From assembly GCA_963815195.1 (NCBI GenBank), contig CAWFGE010000019.1, forward strand, positions 128,001-192,000: a DNA stretch of 64,000 bases, written 5' to 3'. Each line of letters begins with the position of its first letter. The first letter of the stretch is position 1. The translations under genes were made by a program, and so were the position numbers. Shown piece by piece: positions 30,974-42,900 of the stretch. This DNA is from an uncultured Planctomycetaceae bacterium. Lineage in GTDB: Bacteria; Planctomycetota; Planctomycetia; Planctomycetales; Planctomycetaceae. The notes below the pieces were generated by a model. The model worked only from the letters and a program-made list of their open reading frames with translations. It ran no database searches and was not told the origin of the DNA.

Positions 30974-31570
30974 ATGCCGTCCAAAGGATCCGTGTCGCAG
31001 TGGATGGATTTGGTGAAGGAAGGGGACGAGGACGCCGCCCAGAAACTTTGGGAGCGCTATTTCGAGCAACTGGTCCGGCTCGCCCGCAACCAGCTTCGCG
31101 GGCTGCCCAAAGGACCGGCGGACGAGGAAGACGTGGTCGTCAACACCTTCGACAGTTTTTGCCGGGGCGCGCGGGCGGGGCGGTACCCGGAACTCAAGGA
31201 CCGCAACAATCTCTGGCGGCTGCTCATCACGATGACGGCGAACAAAGCCAAGGACCTGGCCCGGCACGAACGCCGGCAAAAGCGAGGCGGGGGCAAAGTG
31301 CTCAACGAAGGCGCGCTGTTGGGCAGCGACGACGCCCGGTCATCGCCGCTTTTGGACGTCATCAGCCGCGATCCGACGCCCGAGTTCGCCTCGGAGTTGG
31401 CCGAGGATCTGGAACGCCGGCTGGATGCGCTCGACAACGAAACGCTCCGGCAAATCGCGTTGTGGAAAATGGAAGGCTATCAAAACGAAGAGATCGCTGA
31501 GAAGCTGGGCTGCGTCTCCCGCACCGTGGAACGCAAACTCCAACTGATCCGCCGGCTATGGGCGGAGTAG
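30974..31570 (+). CDS. Planctomycete-type ECF sigma factor
   Basis: GSVSQW, GDEDAAQKLWERYFEQLVRLA, DEEDVV, LWRLLITMT, C-terminal HTH EGYQNEEIAEKLGCVSRTVERKL; RBS GGAGG. Confidence 0.92.
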   Translation: MPSKGSVSQWMDLVKEGDEDAAQKLWERYFEQLVRLARNQLRGLPKGPADEEDVVVNTFDSFCRGARAGRYPELKDRNNLWRLLITMTANKAKDLARHERRQKRGGGKVLNEGALLGSDDARSSPLLDVISRDPTPEFASELAEDLERRLDALDNETLRQIALWKMEGYQNEEIAEKLGCVSRTVERKLQLIRRLWAE

Positions 31571-31922
31571 CTTCGTGTTTGAAAAGCGAGCGTCCGATGG
31601 GGCGGGTCCTCCGCCGGCTCTCTCGTCCGACTCCGCGACGGAGAACACCGAGTCCCATACGGTTCGGACGTGAATTTGATTTTTATCGAATGCTTGATCT
31701 AGAACGCGGAACTCACATCGCACGCGCAAAAAAACGGCTCGCCCTCAAGGCGGAGATCAAGAAGCTGAGAATCCTGGCATACGACCGCAGCCTGGCCGAG
31801 GACCTCCGCTGGATGATCGAGCAAACTCAAAAGAACAAAACGCAGGTGCAGAGAGACGCCTTTGAGCAACTCAAGAAGCTAAACCTGCTGGACGGACGGG
31901 AAACCGCCGCGGTGTTTGCACC

Positions 31923-33290
31923 TCAACGATCGGCTGCCGGTTTCGCTTTCAGGAGTTTGCGGACGGCGGTCATCAGCACCTCTTCGACGGCCGGGGCGAC
32001 CTTGGAGGCGCCGGGGCTGGTTTCATATCCGCCTTGGCTGTAGGCGATCTCGGTGCCGATGTAGCCGGGGGCATAGTCGCCGTACGCCGCCATCGCCACG
32101 AACAAATCCGGCCGAAGCTTCTGGGCGGCTAGTTGATATTCCACGAACAGCTCGCCCGGCATCAACAGCACGCGGGCCTTGCCGAGCGACAAGCACGCGA
32201 GGTCGATCGCGTCCCGCCGCCCGCACCGGCGAAGCCATGTCAGGTTCTTCGCGGCGGCATAGCGGGCGGAAGGCGACGCCGATGTGTCCGCGATCGCTTT
32301 CTGAAGCGCCGCTTCGTCGAGATGCTCCGCCGCCGGCAGGACGACCGGCTCGAGTTCCCAGCGCACGTCGTCGGCGGACAGCGGAGACTTCTTCGTGCTC
32401 TCCCACGCCTGTTTCATGCCGGCGGCCACACGGTCGGCGAGAATCTGCCGATTCTCGTGCGAGCCGTCGTTCCACTTCCCCGCCCCGACATTCCCGCCCG
32501 CGCCGTTGAAATGAATGTGCGGGACGCCGGTCTCCTTTTCGCGGGCGTTCCGGGCCAGCCCGGGAAAATCGGGATTGGCAAGCCCCGTGCGGTAATAGCT
32601 CTGCGGATGCGTCGCGTAAAACGTGACCGCTGCGATCGGCTTGTCGCCGTTCCAAAAGCTGATGAGTTTGAGCTGCGGATCGATCGTGCCGGCCGGGAAG
32701 GCGCGGATTTTCGGATCCTTGGTCGCCGTGTAGCGGGTGTGGATGACTTTTCCGTCAGGCCCCAGAATCCGCCGATTGGATGCGACCTTCTCCACAATGC
32801 CGACGCCTAACCCCAAATGCGTGACCGGCTGAGCGTCCGTGATCGCTGTTTGAACGGCCTTCGCCGACCGGCGAACCACGTCGCGGGCAAACCGCGGATC
32901 GAACCCTGCCCCGGCTAACCCTTGTGCGTTCAAAAGCTCCTCCGCCGAGAAATCGCACCGCGGGGCATCGTGTTGATGGAGCGTATGCACCGCCACGCGG
33001 CTCGGCTCCGTGCCCGCGGCTTCCGCGATCGCTTCGCGAAACACCGTCTGGCCGCCGCTGCTGATCCCGATCCAATCCACCGCGCACAACACGATCGGCT
33101 TCCCGGCCCCGACAAGCACCACGCCGCGAAAGCTCAAAGGCGTCTCGACGGCCTTGGTCGGATCATAAGCCAAAGGCGACCCCACCGGCGGCGAAGCATC
33201 CACGGCAAACACCCCCACCGAGAGCGTCTCCGCCTTGAGCGGCGCGACCAGAACCGCCAACAACAAAAACAAAGCCAATCGAGCCATCAT
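31923..33290 (-). CDS. Secreted neutral-ceramidase-fold-like hypothetical hydrolase
   Basis: Signal peptide; CAVDWIG, HTLHQHDAP, IDPQLK, YATHPQSYY, GAGGNV, PGELFVEYQL, GYIGT..AY..GGYE. Confidence 0.65.
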   Translation of the reverse strand: MMARLALFLLLAVLVAPLKAETLSVGVFAVDASPPVGSPLAYDPTKAVETPLSFRGVVLVGAGKPIVLCAVDWIGISSGGQTVFREAIAEAAGTEPSRVAVHTLHQHDAPRCDFSAEELLNAQGLAGAGFDPRFARDVVRRSAKAVQTAITDAQPVTHLGLGVGIVEKVASNRRILGPDGKVIHTRYTATKDPKIRAFPAGTIDPQLKLISFWNGDKPIAAVTFYATHPQSYYRTGLANPDFPGLARNAREKETGVPHIHFNGAGGNVGAGKWNDGSHENRQILADRVAAGMKQAWESTKKSPLSADDVRWELEPVVLPAAEHLDEAALQKAIADTSASPSARYAAAKNLTWLRRCGRRDAIDLACLSLGKARVLLMPGELFVEYQLAAQKLRPDLFVAMAAYGDYAPGYIGTEIAYSQGGYETSPGASKVAPAVEEVLMTAVRKLLKAKPAADR

Positions 33291-33526
33291 GATCCCTCCC
33301 GAAAACCGGTCTCGTGGAATTCTCAACACGCCCAAAGCATACCAAACAACAGAGGTTCCCGCAGGCGTTCCGGTCCGCCGATCCGCTCTGGCTTTCCGGG
33401 GTGCACAGCGTAGGGTGGGCAGATTTGGGCGAGTCCGGCAGATGCCATCATGCAGGCCCCCGTCCCTGTTAGAATTACGAAATAGGACAAGGATGTCGTT
33501 GCGCATTTTTTATCTCCGCAAATACC

Positions 33527-33559
33527 GTAGGGTGGCCCCGGTTGCTTGCCAACCGGGGC
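33527..33559. repeat. GTAG-headed palindromic element (REP-like)
   Basis: GTAGGGTG followed by GCCCCGGTTG-CTTGC-CAACCGGGGC; a second GTAGGGTGG head at 33410. Confidence 0.55.
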
Positions 33560-33585
33560 GGCGTCGCCGGTCTGCAAAGCCTCTA

Positions 33586-35100
33586 TTAAAGATGATACAA
33601 CTCATCATACTTCCCGTGCAGGTGGGTCATCAGCGGTTTGTGCGACAGGGGTTCGCCGGTGACGATGCGGACGAGCTCGGTGGGCGGGTACTGCCGGCCT
33701 CGGCGGTGGATGTTTTTGTTGAGCCACTGTAGCAGCGGGGCGAACTCGCCGCGGACGAACTGGGCGGAGAGATCGCCCAATTCCTTCTGGGCCGACTCGA
33801 AGAATTGGGCCGCGTACATATTGCCGAGGGCATACGTCGGAAAATAGCCGATCAGACCCGCGCTCCAGTGGATGTCCTGCAGGCAGCCCAGCGAATCGTG
33901 CGGCGGCGTGAGACCGAAGAACTGCTGGAACTTCTCGTTCCAAACGCCGGGGGCGTCCGCCGGTTTCAAATCGCCCGCAATCAAGGGTTGCTCCATCTCG
34001 AACCGCAGCATGATGTGCAGGTTATACGTCACCTCGTCGGCTTCCACGCGGATGAACGACGGCTGCACATCGTTGACGGCGAAATGAAAATCCTCCAAGG
34101 CGACACTGCCCAGGGCTTCGGGAAACGCTTCCTGCGCGGGGCCATAGAGATTTTGCCAGAACGCCAAACTCCGGCCCACGAAGTTTTCCCACATCCGGGA
34201 TTGCGATTCGTGAATCCCCAAGGAGACCGAATCGCCCATCGGCGTGCCATAGGCTTCGCGATCGAGTCCCTGCTCGTACATCCCGTGGCCCGCTTCGTGC
34301 AAGGTGCCGAAGAACGCGCCGGGGAAATGGTGCTCGTCGTAGCGGGTGGTCAATCGGCAGTCGCCCGGTCCGAAGCCGCTGCAAAATGGGTGGGCCGCTT
34401 CGTCGAGCCGGCCTTCGCCAAAGTTGAAGCCGATCTTGGTCGCGGCGGCGATGCCGAACTTCCGCTGGGCGTCGATGGGGTAGCTCCGCGTGATGATTTC
34501 GCGGTCGGGCGTTTTTCCGGAGTCCCGAATCGCCGCGACCAGCGGGACCAACTCATCCCGGAGCGCCGCGAACGCCTTCGTCACCTCGGCGGTTTTCGCA
34601 CCGGGTTCGTAGCGGTCCAGCAGGGCATCGTAAGGCACGCCGCCGTCGTAACCGAGGGCCTGGGCTTCTTCGCGTTTGAGGTTGACGATCTGCTCGAGCC
34701 AGGGGAGGAACTTGGGAAACGCCTTCTGCTTGCGGGCGTCGATCCAGGCCTGCTGCCCGAGCGAGGTCACGCGGGACATTTCCTCGACCAGCTTTTTTGG
34801 GAGCTTCGTGGCCCGGTCGTAATCCCGGCGGGCTTCGCGGACGTTGACCGCCATCGGCCCGTCGGCCCGTCCCAAATCGGTTTGTTCCAGTTCGCCGAGC
34901 AATTCGCCCACGCGGGAAGCGGTCCGCTGTTCGTGGGCCAGGCCGGACAGCAGACTGACTTGATTCGCCCGATGCTCCGCGCCGCCGGGCGGCAGGTAGG
35001 TTTGCTCATCCCAACCCAGGACGCTCCCGCACGATTCCAAAACCGCCGTCTTCCGCAAGTGGTCCACGAGTTCGGCATACAAGCTTTGTGCGTCCGCCAT
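33586..35100 (-). CDS. Carboxypeptidase, M32 family
   Basis: LGWDEQTYLP, PYDALLD.YEPG, HPF, LHEAGH, HESQSR, IRVEADE, GCLQDIHWS, GYFPTY. Confidence 0.97.
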   Translation of the reverse strand: MADAQSLYAELVDHLRKTAVLESCGSVLGWDEQTYLPPGGAEHRANQVSLLSGLAHEQRTASRVGELLGELEQTDLGRADGPMAVNVREARRDYDRATKLPKKLVEEMSRVTSLGQQAWIDARKQKAFPKFLPWLEQIVNLKREEAQALGYDGGVPYDALLDRYEPGAKTAEVTKAFAALRDELVPLVAAIRDSGKTPDREIITRSYPIDAQRKFGIAAATKIGFNFGEGRLDEAAHPFCSGFGPGDCRLTTRYDEHHFPGAFFGTLHEAGHGMYEQGLDREAYGTPMGDSVSLGIHESQSRMWENFVGRSLAFWQNLYGPAQEAFPEALGSVALEDFHFAVNDVQPSFIRVEADEVTYNLHIMLRFEMEQPLIAGDLKPADAPGVWNEKFQQFFGLTPPHDSLGCLQDIHWSAGLIGYFPTYALGNMYAAQFFESAQKELGDLSAQFVRGEFAPLLQWLNKNIHRRGRQYPPTELVRIVTGEPLSHKPLMTHLHGKYDELYHL

Positions 35101-35237
35101 GAGTTTCCTGCCTTTTTTGTGTGGAATGGAATAATGGTTCGTTGGTCTCTCGAATCATAGCGAATCCAAACCGCGCGGCACAGACATTCCTTTCAATCAA
35201 CACACACAGAATCAACGTACGCGATATTGCCCCGGAA

Positions 35238-35293
35238 AATCCGAAATCCGAATCTCGAATTCCGAAACAAATCCCAATGTCCGAAATTCCAAA
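35238..35293. repeat. Degenerate heptamer tandem repeat (AATCCGA-type)
   Basis: AATCCGA AATCCGA ATCTCGA ATTCCGA AAC AAATCCC AATGTCCGA AATTCCAAA. Confidence 0.6.
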
Positions 35294-35650
35294 ACGAGCC
35301 AGCGTCGGAACTCGATTCCAACTCCGACGACCGGGACACAGCATCCACAGATGCGCCTCTCGGCGTGCGGCGGGTTTGTGACAGAGTGCGGACGGATGGG
35401 GTTGAACGCGCGCGGGTTTTTCCGGGGATTTGACAGCGTGGAGTGGAGGACTCAAATCGTGCGCAATTCAAAGGTCTCTCTGACCACTGATTCGATTCAA
35501 TCCGGATGGACTTGAGCTTTCTTCGCACATGGCTGGCCCGCTGGCCCGCTCGCCGATGGATTGGCCTACTTCTTGACAAAAACCGGCTATTGGGAATAGT
35601 AGAGTAGCCCGTTCCCATTTCGAGGAGCCTTCAACGGACCGCCCGATATC

Positions 35651-36712
35651 ATGCACAGCGTCCACACCCCAAGTTTCCCTGGAATTCTGGATGCCCTCCA
35701 GGCGAGTGTTATCGTTTCGACCTATCAGGCGGGGAAGTTGATTTTGCTCCGCAACGAGAACGGAACGCTCAATACGCATTTTCGTAATTTCCAACAGCCC
35801 ATGGGCGTGGCTTTACATGATGGGCGGCTGGCTGTCGGCACTCTCCATGAGATTTGGGAATTTCATAACACCCCCGCCGTCGCTCAAAGATTGCCGAGCG
35901 AACCCTGCCGGACCGATGCCTGTTATCTTCCGCGGTCCTGTGATGTGACCGGCGACATCCAGATTCACGAGATGGACTACGACCGCGATTTGGAATTGTG
36001 GTTTGTCAATACGCGGTTTTCTTGCCTTGCCACGCGGAGTCGAGAATACAACTTCGTGCCGCGCTGGAAGCCGGGTTTCATCTCGGGATATACGCCGGAG
36101 GATCGCTGCCATCTCAACGGCTTGGCGATGGCCGACGGCCGGCCGAAATATGTGACGGCGCTCGGCGAGACCGACACGCCGGCGGGTTGGCGGGAGAACA
36201 AAGCCTCCGGCGGAGTCGTGATGGACGTCGAAAGCGGCGAGATCATTTCGCGGGGCTTGTCCATGCCCCATTCGCCGCGGGTGCACCAAGATCGGTTGTG
36301 GGTGCTCAATTCGGGAGACGGCGGGTTCGGCTCTGTGGACCTGAAGACGGGGCGGTACGAACCGGTTTTGGAGCTTCCGGGATTCACGCGGGGCCTGTCC
36401 TTTCTTGGCCGCTTCGCCTTCATTGGACTCTCCCAGGTCCGCGAGTCGGCCGTATTCAGCGGCATTCGCATCGCCCAAATGGAGGAAACCGAGCGCTGGG
36501 CGGGCGTGGCGATTGTAGATATTGAAAAGGGCGACCTGGCCGGCTTTCTCAAGTTCCAACAGGACGTCCACGAAGTCTTCGCGGTCTGCGTCTTGCCCGG
36601 GGCCGTGTGGCCGGATGTGATAAATCACGATGCGGACCTGATCGGCCAATCTTACGTGCTGCCGGATGACGCCCTGGCCCAAGTCCCCCCCGAGTTCCGC
36701 ACGCGCTCCTAG
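35651..36712 (+). CDS. TIGR03032 / DUF4915 family protein
   Basis: STYQAGKL, PMG, CYLPR...VTGDIQIHE, FVNTRFSCL, WKP.FIS...PEDRCHLNG, GLSMPHSPR, PGFTRGL. Confidence 0.9.
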   Translation: MHSVHTPSFPGILDALQASVIVSTYQAGKLILLRNENGTLNTHFRNFQQPMGVALHDGRLAVGTLHEIWEFHNTPAVAQRLPSEPCRTDACYLPRSCDVTGDIQIHEMDYDRDLELWFVNTRFSCLATRSREYNFVPRWKPGFISGYTPEDRCHLNGLAMADGRPKYVTALGETDTPAGWRENKASGGVVMDVESGEIISRGLSMPHSPRVHQDRLWVLNSGDGGFGSVDLKTGRYEPVLELPGFTRGLSFLGRFAFIGLSQVRESAVFSGIRIAQMEETERWAGVAIVDIEKGDLAGFLKFQQDVHEVFAVCVLPGAVWPDVINHDADLIGQSYVLPDDALAQVPPEFRTRS

Positions 36713-36929
36713 CGGCCGGAACATATTCGATTCGCGTCTCTGGCAACGCATTTCCTGGCCCCCTTTCCCGCATTGATCGGAAAAATGCCGATTTTCGGCA
36801 ACGGGGGAATTCCCAAAAAAATCATCGGGAATCCTCTTTTCTGTTTGCGTGGGGAAATCCCCCTGGCTATCGTAGTCGTAACCCTCTCTATAGATAGAAC
36901 TCACTTCTCGTCCTCGGTGGAGTCTCCCG

Positions 36930-39900
36930 ATGAAATTCGCCCCGTTTGGAGGTCGGCTGCCAAGATTCGATTGGTCCATCGCGCTTCGCGTTCGAGAAAT
37001 GTTTCACCGACCCCATCGGCGGACTGAGTTCCGCCGCCTCCTTTCCATGCGTGGACTTTCCCGGGCGGGGATCATCGCAGAGGTGTTGGAGGATCGAACC
37101 TTATTGTCCACGATTGTGGTCGATACGTTGGTGGACGAAAACAACGGCGTCGGCACAGGCGGTGTGAGCTTGCGCGACGCCATTGCCGCCAGCGGTTCGG
37201 GCGACACGATTACATTTCAGTCAGCGCTTGCCAACGGAACGATTCTACTCACCAACGGGGAGTTGCTGGTCGATAACGCCCTGACGATTGATGGGGGCCT
37301 GAGCAACATCACCGTCAATGCCCAGGCTGGCAGCCGGGTGTTTCACGTCGATGATGGCGACAGCAACAATCAAGCCGTCGTGACGATTTCCGGGTTGACA
37401 ATCACCGGGGGACATGTGACGAGTGGAAGCGGGGGCGGAATCGACAACAGCGAATCCCTGACCGTCACAAACTGCACCATCTCGGGGAACTCGGCGTTTA
37501 ATAACGGCGGTGGGATTTTTAGCATTCAGAGCTTGACTCTCGCGAACTGCACCGTCTCGGAAAACACCGCGTTTAACGGTGGCGGTATCGAAAACAAATT
37601 CGGGACGGCGGCTGTCGTGAACTCCACCATCTCCGGAAATCTCGCTGAAGACGGAGGCGGTGGGGGATTGTATAACTATGCCGGCACGGCGACCATTACA
37701 AACTCCACCATCTCGGGAAATACCGTGTCCGGCGGCAGCCTCAGCGGCGGCGGAGGCGTTGCAAATGTCTTCGGCACGGCGACCGTCGTGAACTCCACCA
37801 TCTCCGGAAACTCCACTCAAGGTCAAGGTGGCGGCTTTAACAACCTCCTCGCAACGTTGAATGTGACAAATTCCACCATCGCCGGCAACGCGGCGTCCGG
37901 CAGCAGCGGCGGAGGCGGCCTTTATAACGGCAGCAACTACTTCCCCGGCACGGCCAATCTGAATAACACAATCATCGCCGGGAACGCGGGAGGGGACCTT
38001 TCGCAACCGGGCACGTTTTCGGGGACGAACAATTTAATCCAGGACGGAAATGCCCCCGCCGGCCTTGCAAACACGCGGACGGGAAATCCCTTGCTGGGCC
38101 CACTGGCCGACAATGGCGGGCCGACCAAGACGCAGGCCCTCCTGGCCGGCTCTCCTGCTTTCGACGCGGGGAGCAACTCGGCCGCCGTGGACGGCCAGGG
38201 CAATCCTCTGACCACAGACCAACGCGGGCAGACTCGGTTTGTGGGCACGGTGGACATTGGGGCGTTCGAAGTGCAATCCCAGTCCGCCGTGATCACCGTC
38301 AATACGTTTGGAGATGAGAACAACGGCGTCGGCACAGGCGGTGTGAGCTTGCGGGACGCCATCCTTCTGGCTAACGCCAATCCCGACATGGAATATGAAA
38401 TCCGTCTGCAAACGGGGACTTACTCGCTGAGCATCACCGGTGCGGGCGAAGATGCGTCCGCGACGGGCGATCTGGACATCCTCAACACAGCGGGTATCAC
38501 AATCACCGGGACCGGTGCCGGACAGACAATCATCAACGCCAGCGGCAACGGCGACCGCGTCTTCGACATCCACACCGGCGCTGCGCTCAGTATTGAAAGC
38601 GTGACAATCACGGGCGGCAGCATCACCGACAGCCCGGGCGGCGGCGGGTTCCTCGTTGACGGCGGCATGCTGACCGTCACCGGCGGCAGCATCACTGGCA
38701 ACACCGCCGTCATGGCCGGCGGCGGCGGCATCCGCAACCAGAATTCCGGCAGTGTGACCCTCACAGACACGACGCTATCGCAAAACTCAACTGGTGGCAG
38801 TTTCGGCTTCCTCACTGGCGGTGCCATCTCCAACGTTTCTGGCAGCAGCGTGATCATCACCGGCGGCAGCATCACCGGCAACTCGGCTAGGGATGGAGGC
38901 GGCATCCACAACGAGGGTTCCGGCAGCAGCGTGACAATAACCGGCAGCAGCATCAGTGGTAACTCGGCCGACTACGGTGGCGGAATCCGCAATGACGCCA
39001 GCGTGGCCATTACCGACAGCACGGTGTCCCATAATACGTCCAGTACCGGCGGCGGCGTCTTCAACGAATCCCGCGGCAGCGTGACCGTCACCGGCGGCAG
39101 CATCACCGGAAACTCGTCCTCCGACGGCGGCGGGATTCGCAACGACGGCAGCCTTACTATTATCGGCGTCAGCATCACAGGCAACACCGTCAATTTCTAT
39201 GGTGGTGGCATTGAAAGTTCCGGCAGCCTGATTGTCGTTGATAGCACTTTCTCGCAAAACTCGGCCGGTAGCACCGGCGGCGGCGTCAGCGCTGGGGGCA
39301 ACCTGTCCATTACCAACACCACTTTATCGCAAAACTCCGCCGACAAGGGGGGCGGTGTGTATACAAGTTTCGGCAGTGTGACCATCACCGATACCACGCT
39401 AATGGAAAACTCGGCCACGAACGGAGGGGGGCTCTTTACCTCGCGTTTCGGCACCAGCGTGGCTATCACTGGTGGCAGCATCATCGGCAATTCGGCCAGC
39501 GCCAACGGCGGCGGGATTAGAAATGAAGATTCGGGAAGCGTGACCATCACCGACGGCACCCTCTCGCAAAACTCGGCCAACCGCGGCGGCGGCATTTCCA
39601 ATGACGGCTCCGGAAGCCACGTGACGATTAATGGCGGCAACGTCACCGGCAACAGCGGCATCGGAATTCAAAACCGGAATTCCGGCAGCCTGACGATCAT
39701 GAACACCACCGTCTCGCAAAACACCGGGGGCGGGATCAACAATGAGTCGTCCGGTAGCATCACTGCCGTGACCATCACCAACAGCACCGTCTCACAAAAC
39801 TCCGGAGGCAGTTTCGGCGGGGGGATTGTGAACTTTGGTTCCGCCAGCAGCGTGACCGTCACCGGCGGCAGCATCCTTAGCAACTTCGCCGGCCTAGGGG

Positions 39901-42900
39901 GAGGCGGTATCGCCAACTTTAATGGGGGCGGCGTGACCATTACAGGCAGTACCCTTTCGCAAAACTCCGCCGGCGGCTACGCCGGTGGAGGCGCCATCAA
40001 AACATTTGGCGGCAGCGTGACCATCACCAACAGCGTGCTGTCGAAGAACTCGGCCGCCGCGGGCGGTGGCGCCATCAGTATCGAGGACGCCGCCATCGTA
40101 ACAGTCACGAATAGTACGTTGTCCCAAAACTCGGCCGGATCCGGCGGCGGAGTCGCAACCAGCTTTGGTGGTATGTTGAATGTGACCGACTCCAACTTCG
40201 TGGGAAATACGGCAAACAACGATGGTGGCGGCATCCGCATCTATTCCGGCACGGCGACGGTCGTTAACTCCACCCTCTCCGGAAATACCGCAAACCTCAA
40301 TGGCGGCGGCATAAGCACCTACGGCAGCAATTACGGCAGTTCCGGTCGGGTGATTGTCATCAACTCCACCCTCTCCGGGAACACCGCGAACAACAACGGT
40401 GGCGGCATCCGCAACGCCGGGACGGCAACAGTCATCAACTCCACCGTCTTCGAGAATAGCGCTCAAGGCGTCGGTGGCGGGATCGTTAACTCGACGGGGA
40501 CAACCACCCTCAACAATTCAATTGTTGCCGGAAGTGCCGGGGGCGAACTGGCGGGTTCATTTTCCGGAACGAACAATTTGGTACAGGATGGATCAGGAAC
40601 GGGCCTTGCCAACACCATCACGGGCGATCCATTGTTGGGACCGCTCCAAGACAACGGCGGCCCGACGAAAACTCACGCTCTTCTCAGCGATTCCCCGGCC
40701 ATCAATAGGGGCAAAAATGCGGCCGCTGTCGATGCGTCCGGCAATCCCTTGATCTCCGACCAGCGCGGACGCGAGCGGTTTGCGGGAACCGTGGACATTG
40801 GCGCCTACGAATTTGCGCCCTCTTGCTCACCGTCAATACCCTCGCGGACGAAAATGACGGCATCAACGTGGGCGGCATCAGCTTGAGGGACGCGATCGCC
40901 ACCGTCGGCGCAGGCGGCCTGATCGTTTTTGACGCCTCGCTTGGCAATGGGACGATTCTCTTGAGCAATGGCGCATTGCCGGTCGACAAAAGCGTGACCA
41001 TCAATGGGGAACTGAATAACATTAGTATCAGAGCCCAAACCGGTCACCGCGTGTTCTTCATTGATGACGGCAATGCTCTCGAGTTGGCCAATGTGACGCT
41101 TTCCGGCTTGACGATCGCCGGCGGCAGCAGCACCGAGAGCGGAGGCGGGATCTATAACAAGGAAGCCCTCACGGTCACCAAATCCACGATCACCGGCAAT
41201 ACCACGATGAGTAGCGGCGGAGGCATCTACAACAACGAAGGCCTTTTGAATGTGACCGAATCCACAATCTCCGGAAACACGGCCGAGAGTGGCGGAGGCA
41301 TCTATAACGACGACGGCGTCTTGAATGTGGCGAAATCCGCCATCTCCGAAAACACCGCGATCAAAGGCGGCGGCGTGTTTAACTATGACAGGGCGAATAT
41401 CACGGAATCCACCATTAGCGGAAACGCCGCGACCAGAGGCGCCGGTCTGTTCAACTTCTACACAGCGAATATCACGAACTCCACGATCAGCGGAAATGTT
41501 GCGTCCACTCGCGGGGGCGGTCTCTTCAACGGCAAGAGCCCCAATTATGCCGCAGGCACGTTGACTGTCACAAATACCACAATCGCCGCGAATCTCGCTC
41601 AAACTCAAGGGAACGGAATCTTTAACGATGTCCAGGGCGTGGCGGTTCTAAACAACACGATTATTGCCGGCGGCGACGGAGGGAATCTTGTCGGAACCGG
41701 CACCTTTTCCGGAACAAACAATTTGGTTCAAGACGGAATCATCCCTACGGGGCTTGCCAACACGATCACAGGCGACCCTATGTTAGGCCCGCTTCGAGAT
41801 AATGGCGGCGTGACGCAAACGCATCTTCTATTGAGCGGTTCCCCTGCCCTTGATACCGGAAAAAACTCGGTCGCCGTCGATGCAATGAGCAACCCTCTGA
41901 CGGCGGACCAACGCGGGAGAGACCGGTTTGTCGGGACAGTGGACATCGGTGCCGTGGAAATGGTGAAGTTAGCGATCGCGGCGGATATCCAGAGCCAAAC
42001 CGAAGGGGACAGCGGAACCACCAGTTTCACCTTCACGGTCACGCTCAGCGGGAGTCCCTCCGGCAAGACGACGGTGGATTATGCCGTTGTCGGGAGCGAT
42101 GTGGATGCGGACGATTTTTTGGGCGGGGTTTTTCCCTCTGGAATGGTCACCTTCAACCAGGGCGAAACGCAGAAAACCATCGCGATTCCAGTGGCCGGCG
42201 ACACCAAGGTCGAGGCTTCGGAATCCTTCACCGTGGCTCTCTCCAATCCTACATCGGAAGCGGTAATCGATGCTCCGGCGGTTGACATAAGCGACGCTTC
42301 AAGCACCATCCTCAATGACGACTCCGCCACGCTCCATTTGACCGGGGTGGATCAAGCGGAAGGCGACGGCGGCGGTCAGACGGCGTTCCTATTCGCCGTC
42401 ACGTTGGACCATGCCGTTGAAGGCGGGTTCGATCTGGCCTTCACGACGAACGACGGAACCGCGACGACGGCTGATAACGATTACATAAACAACGACAGCA
42501 TGGTGACGTTCGCCGGAACGGCTGGCGAAGTGCAAACGATTACCGTGCAGGTCAACCAAGATGCCAAAGTCGAACCGGACGAAGTCTTCAACGTGGCCTT
42601 GGGGGCGATCAGCTTGTCGGATGGAGGCATTAGTCCGGGCCGCGTGACGATTGTCGGCGGCACGCGGAACGGCATCATTCGCAACGACGATTCAGCTAAG
42701 CTCATTTTGGCAAGTGTCCTAAACATCAGCACGCAACAACTCGAAGGAAACGATCCAGGTTCGGCGGCCCAGTTTCAGTTTTCCGTGACCTTGGATAATC
42801 CCGTGCCGGGTGGATTCACGCTCCGATACTTGGTCCGAGATGGAGCCATTAACCCGGCGATCAATCCGGGGAAAGCGGAGCTTGGCAAGGATTATATCGT

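Noticed and set aside
31558..32043. 161-aa ORF as an intact gene
   Set aside because: It overlaps both neighbours and has no clear RBS; only the middle part looks protein-like.
35573..35605. Sigma70 promoter for the DUF4915 gene
   Set aside because: TTGACA is perfect, but there is no good -10 hexamer at 16-18 nt spacing.
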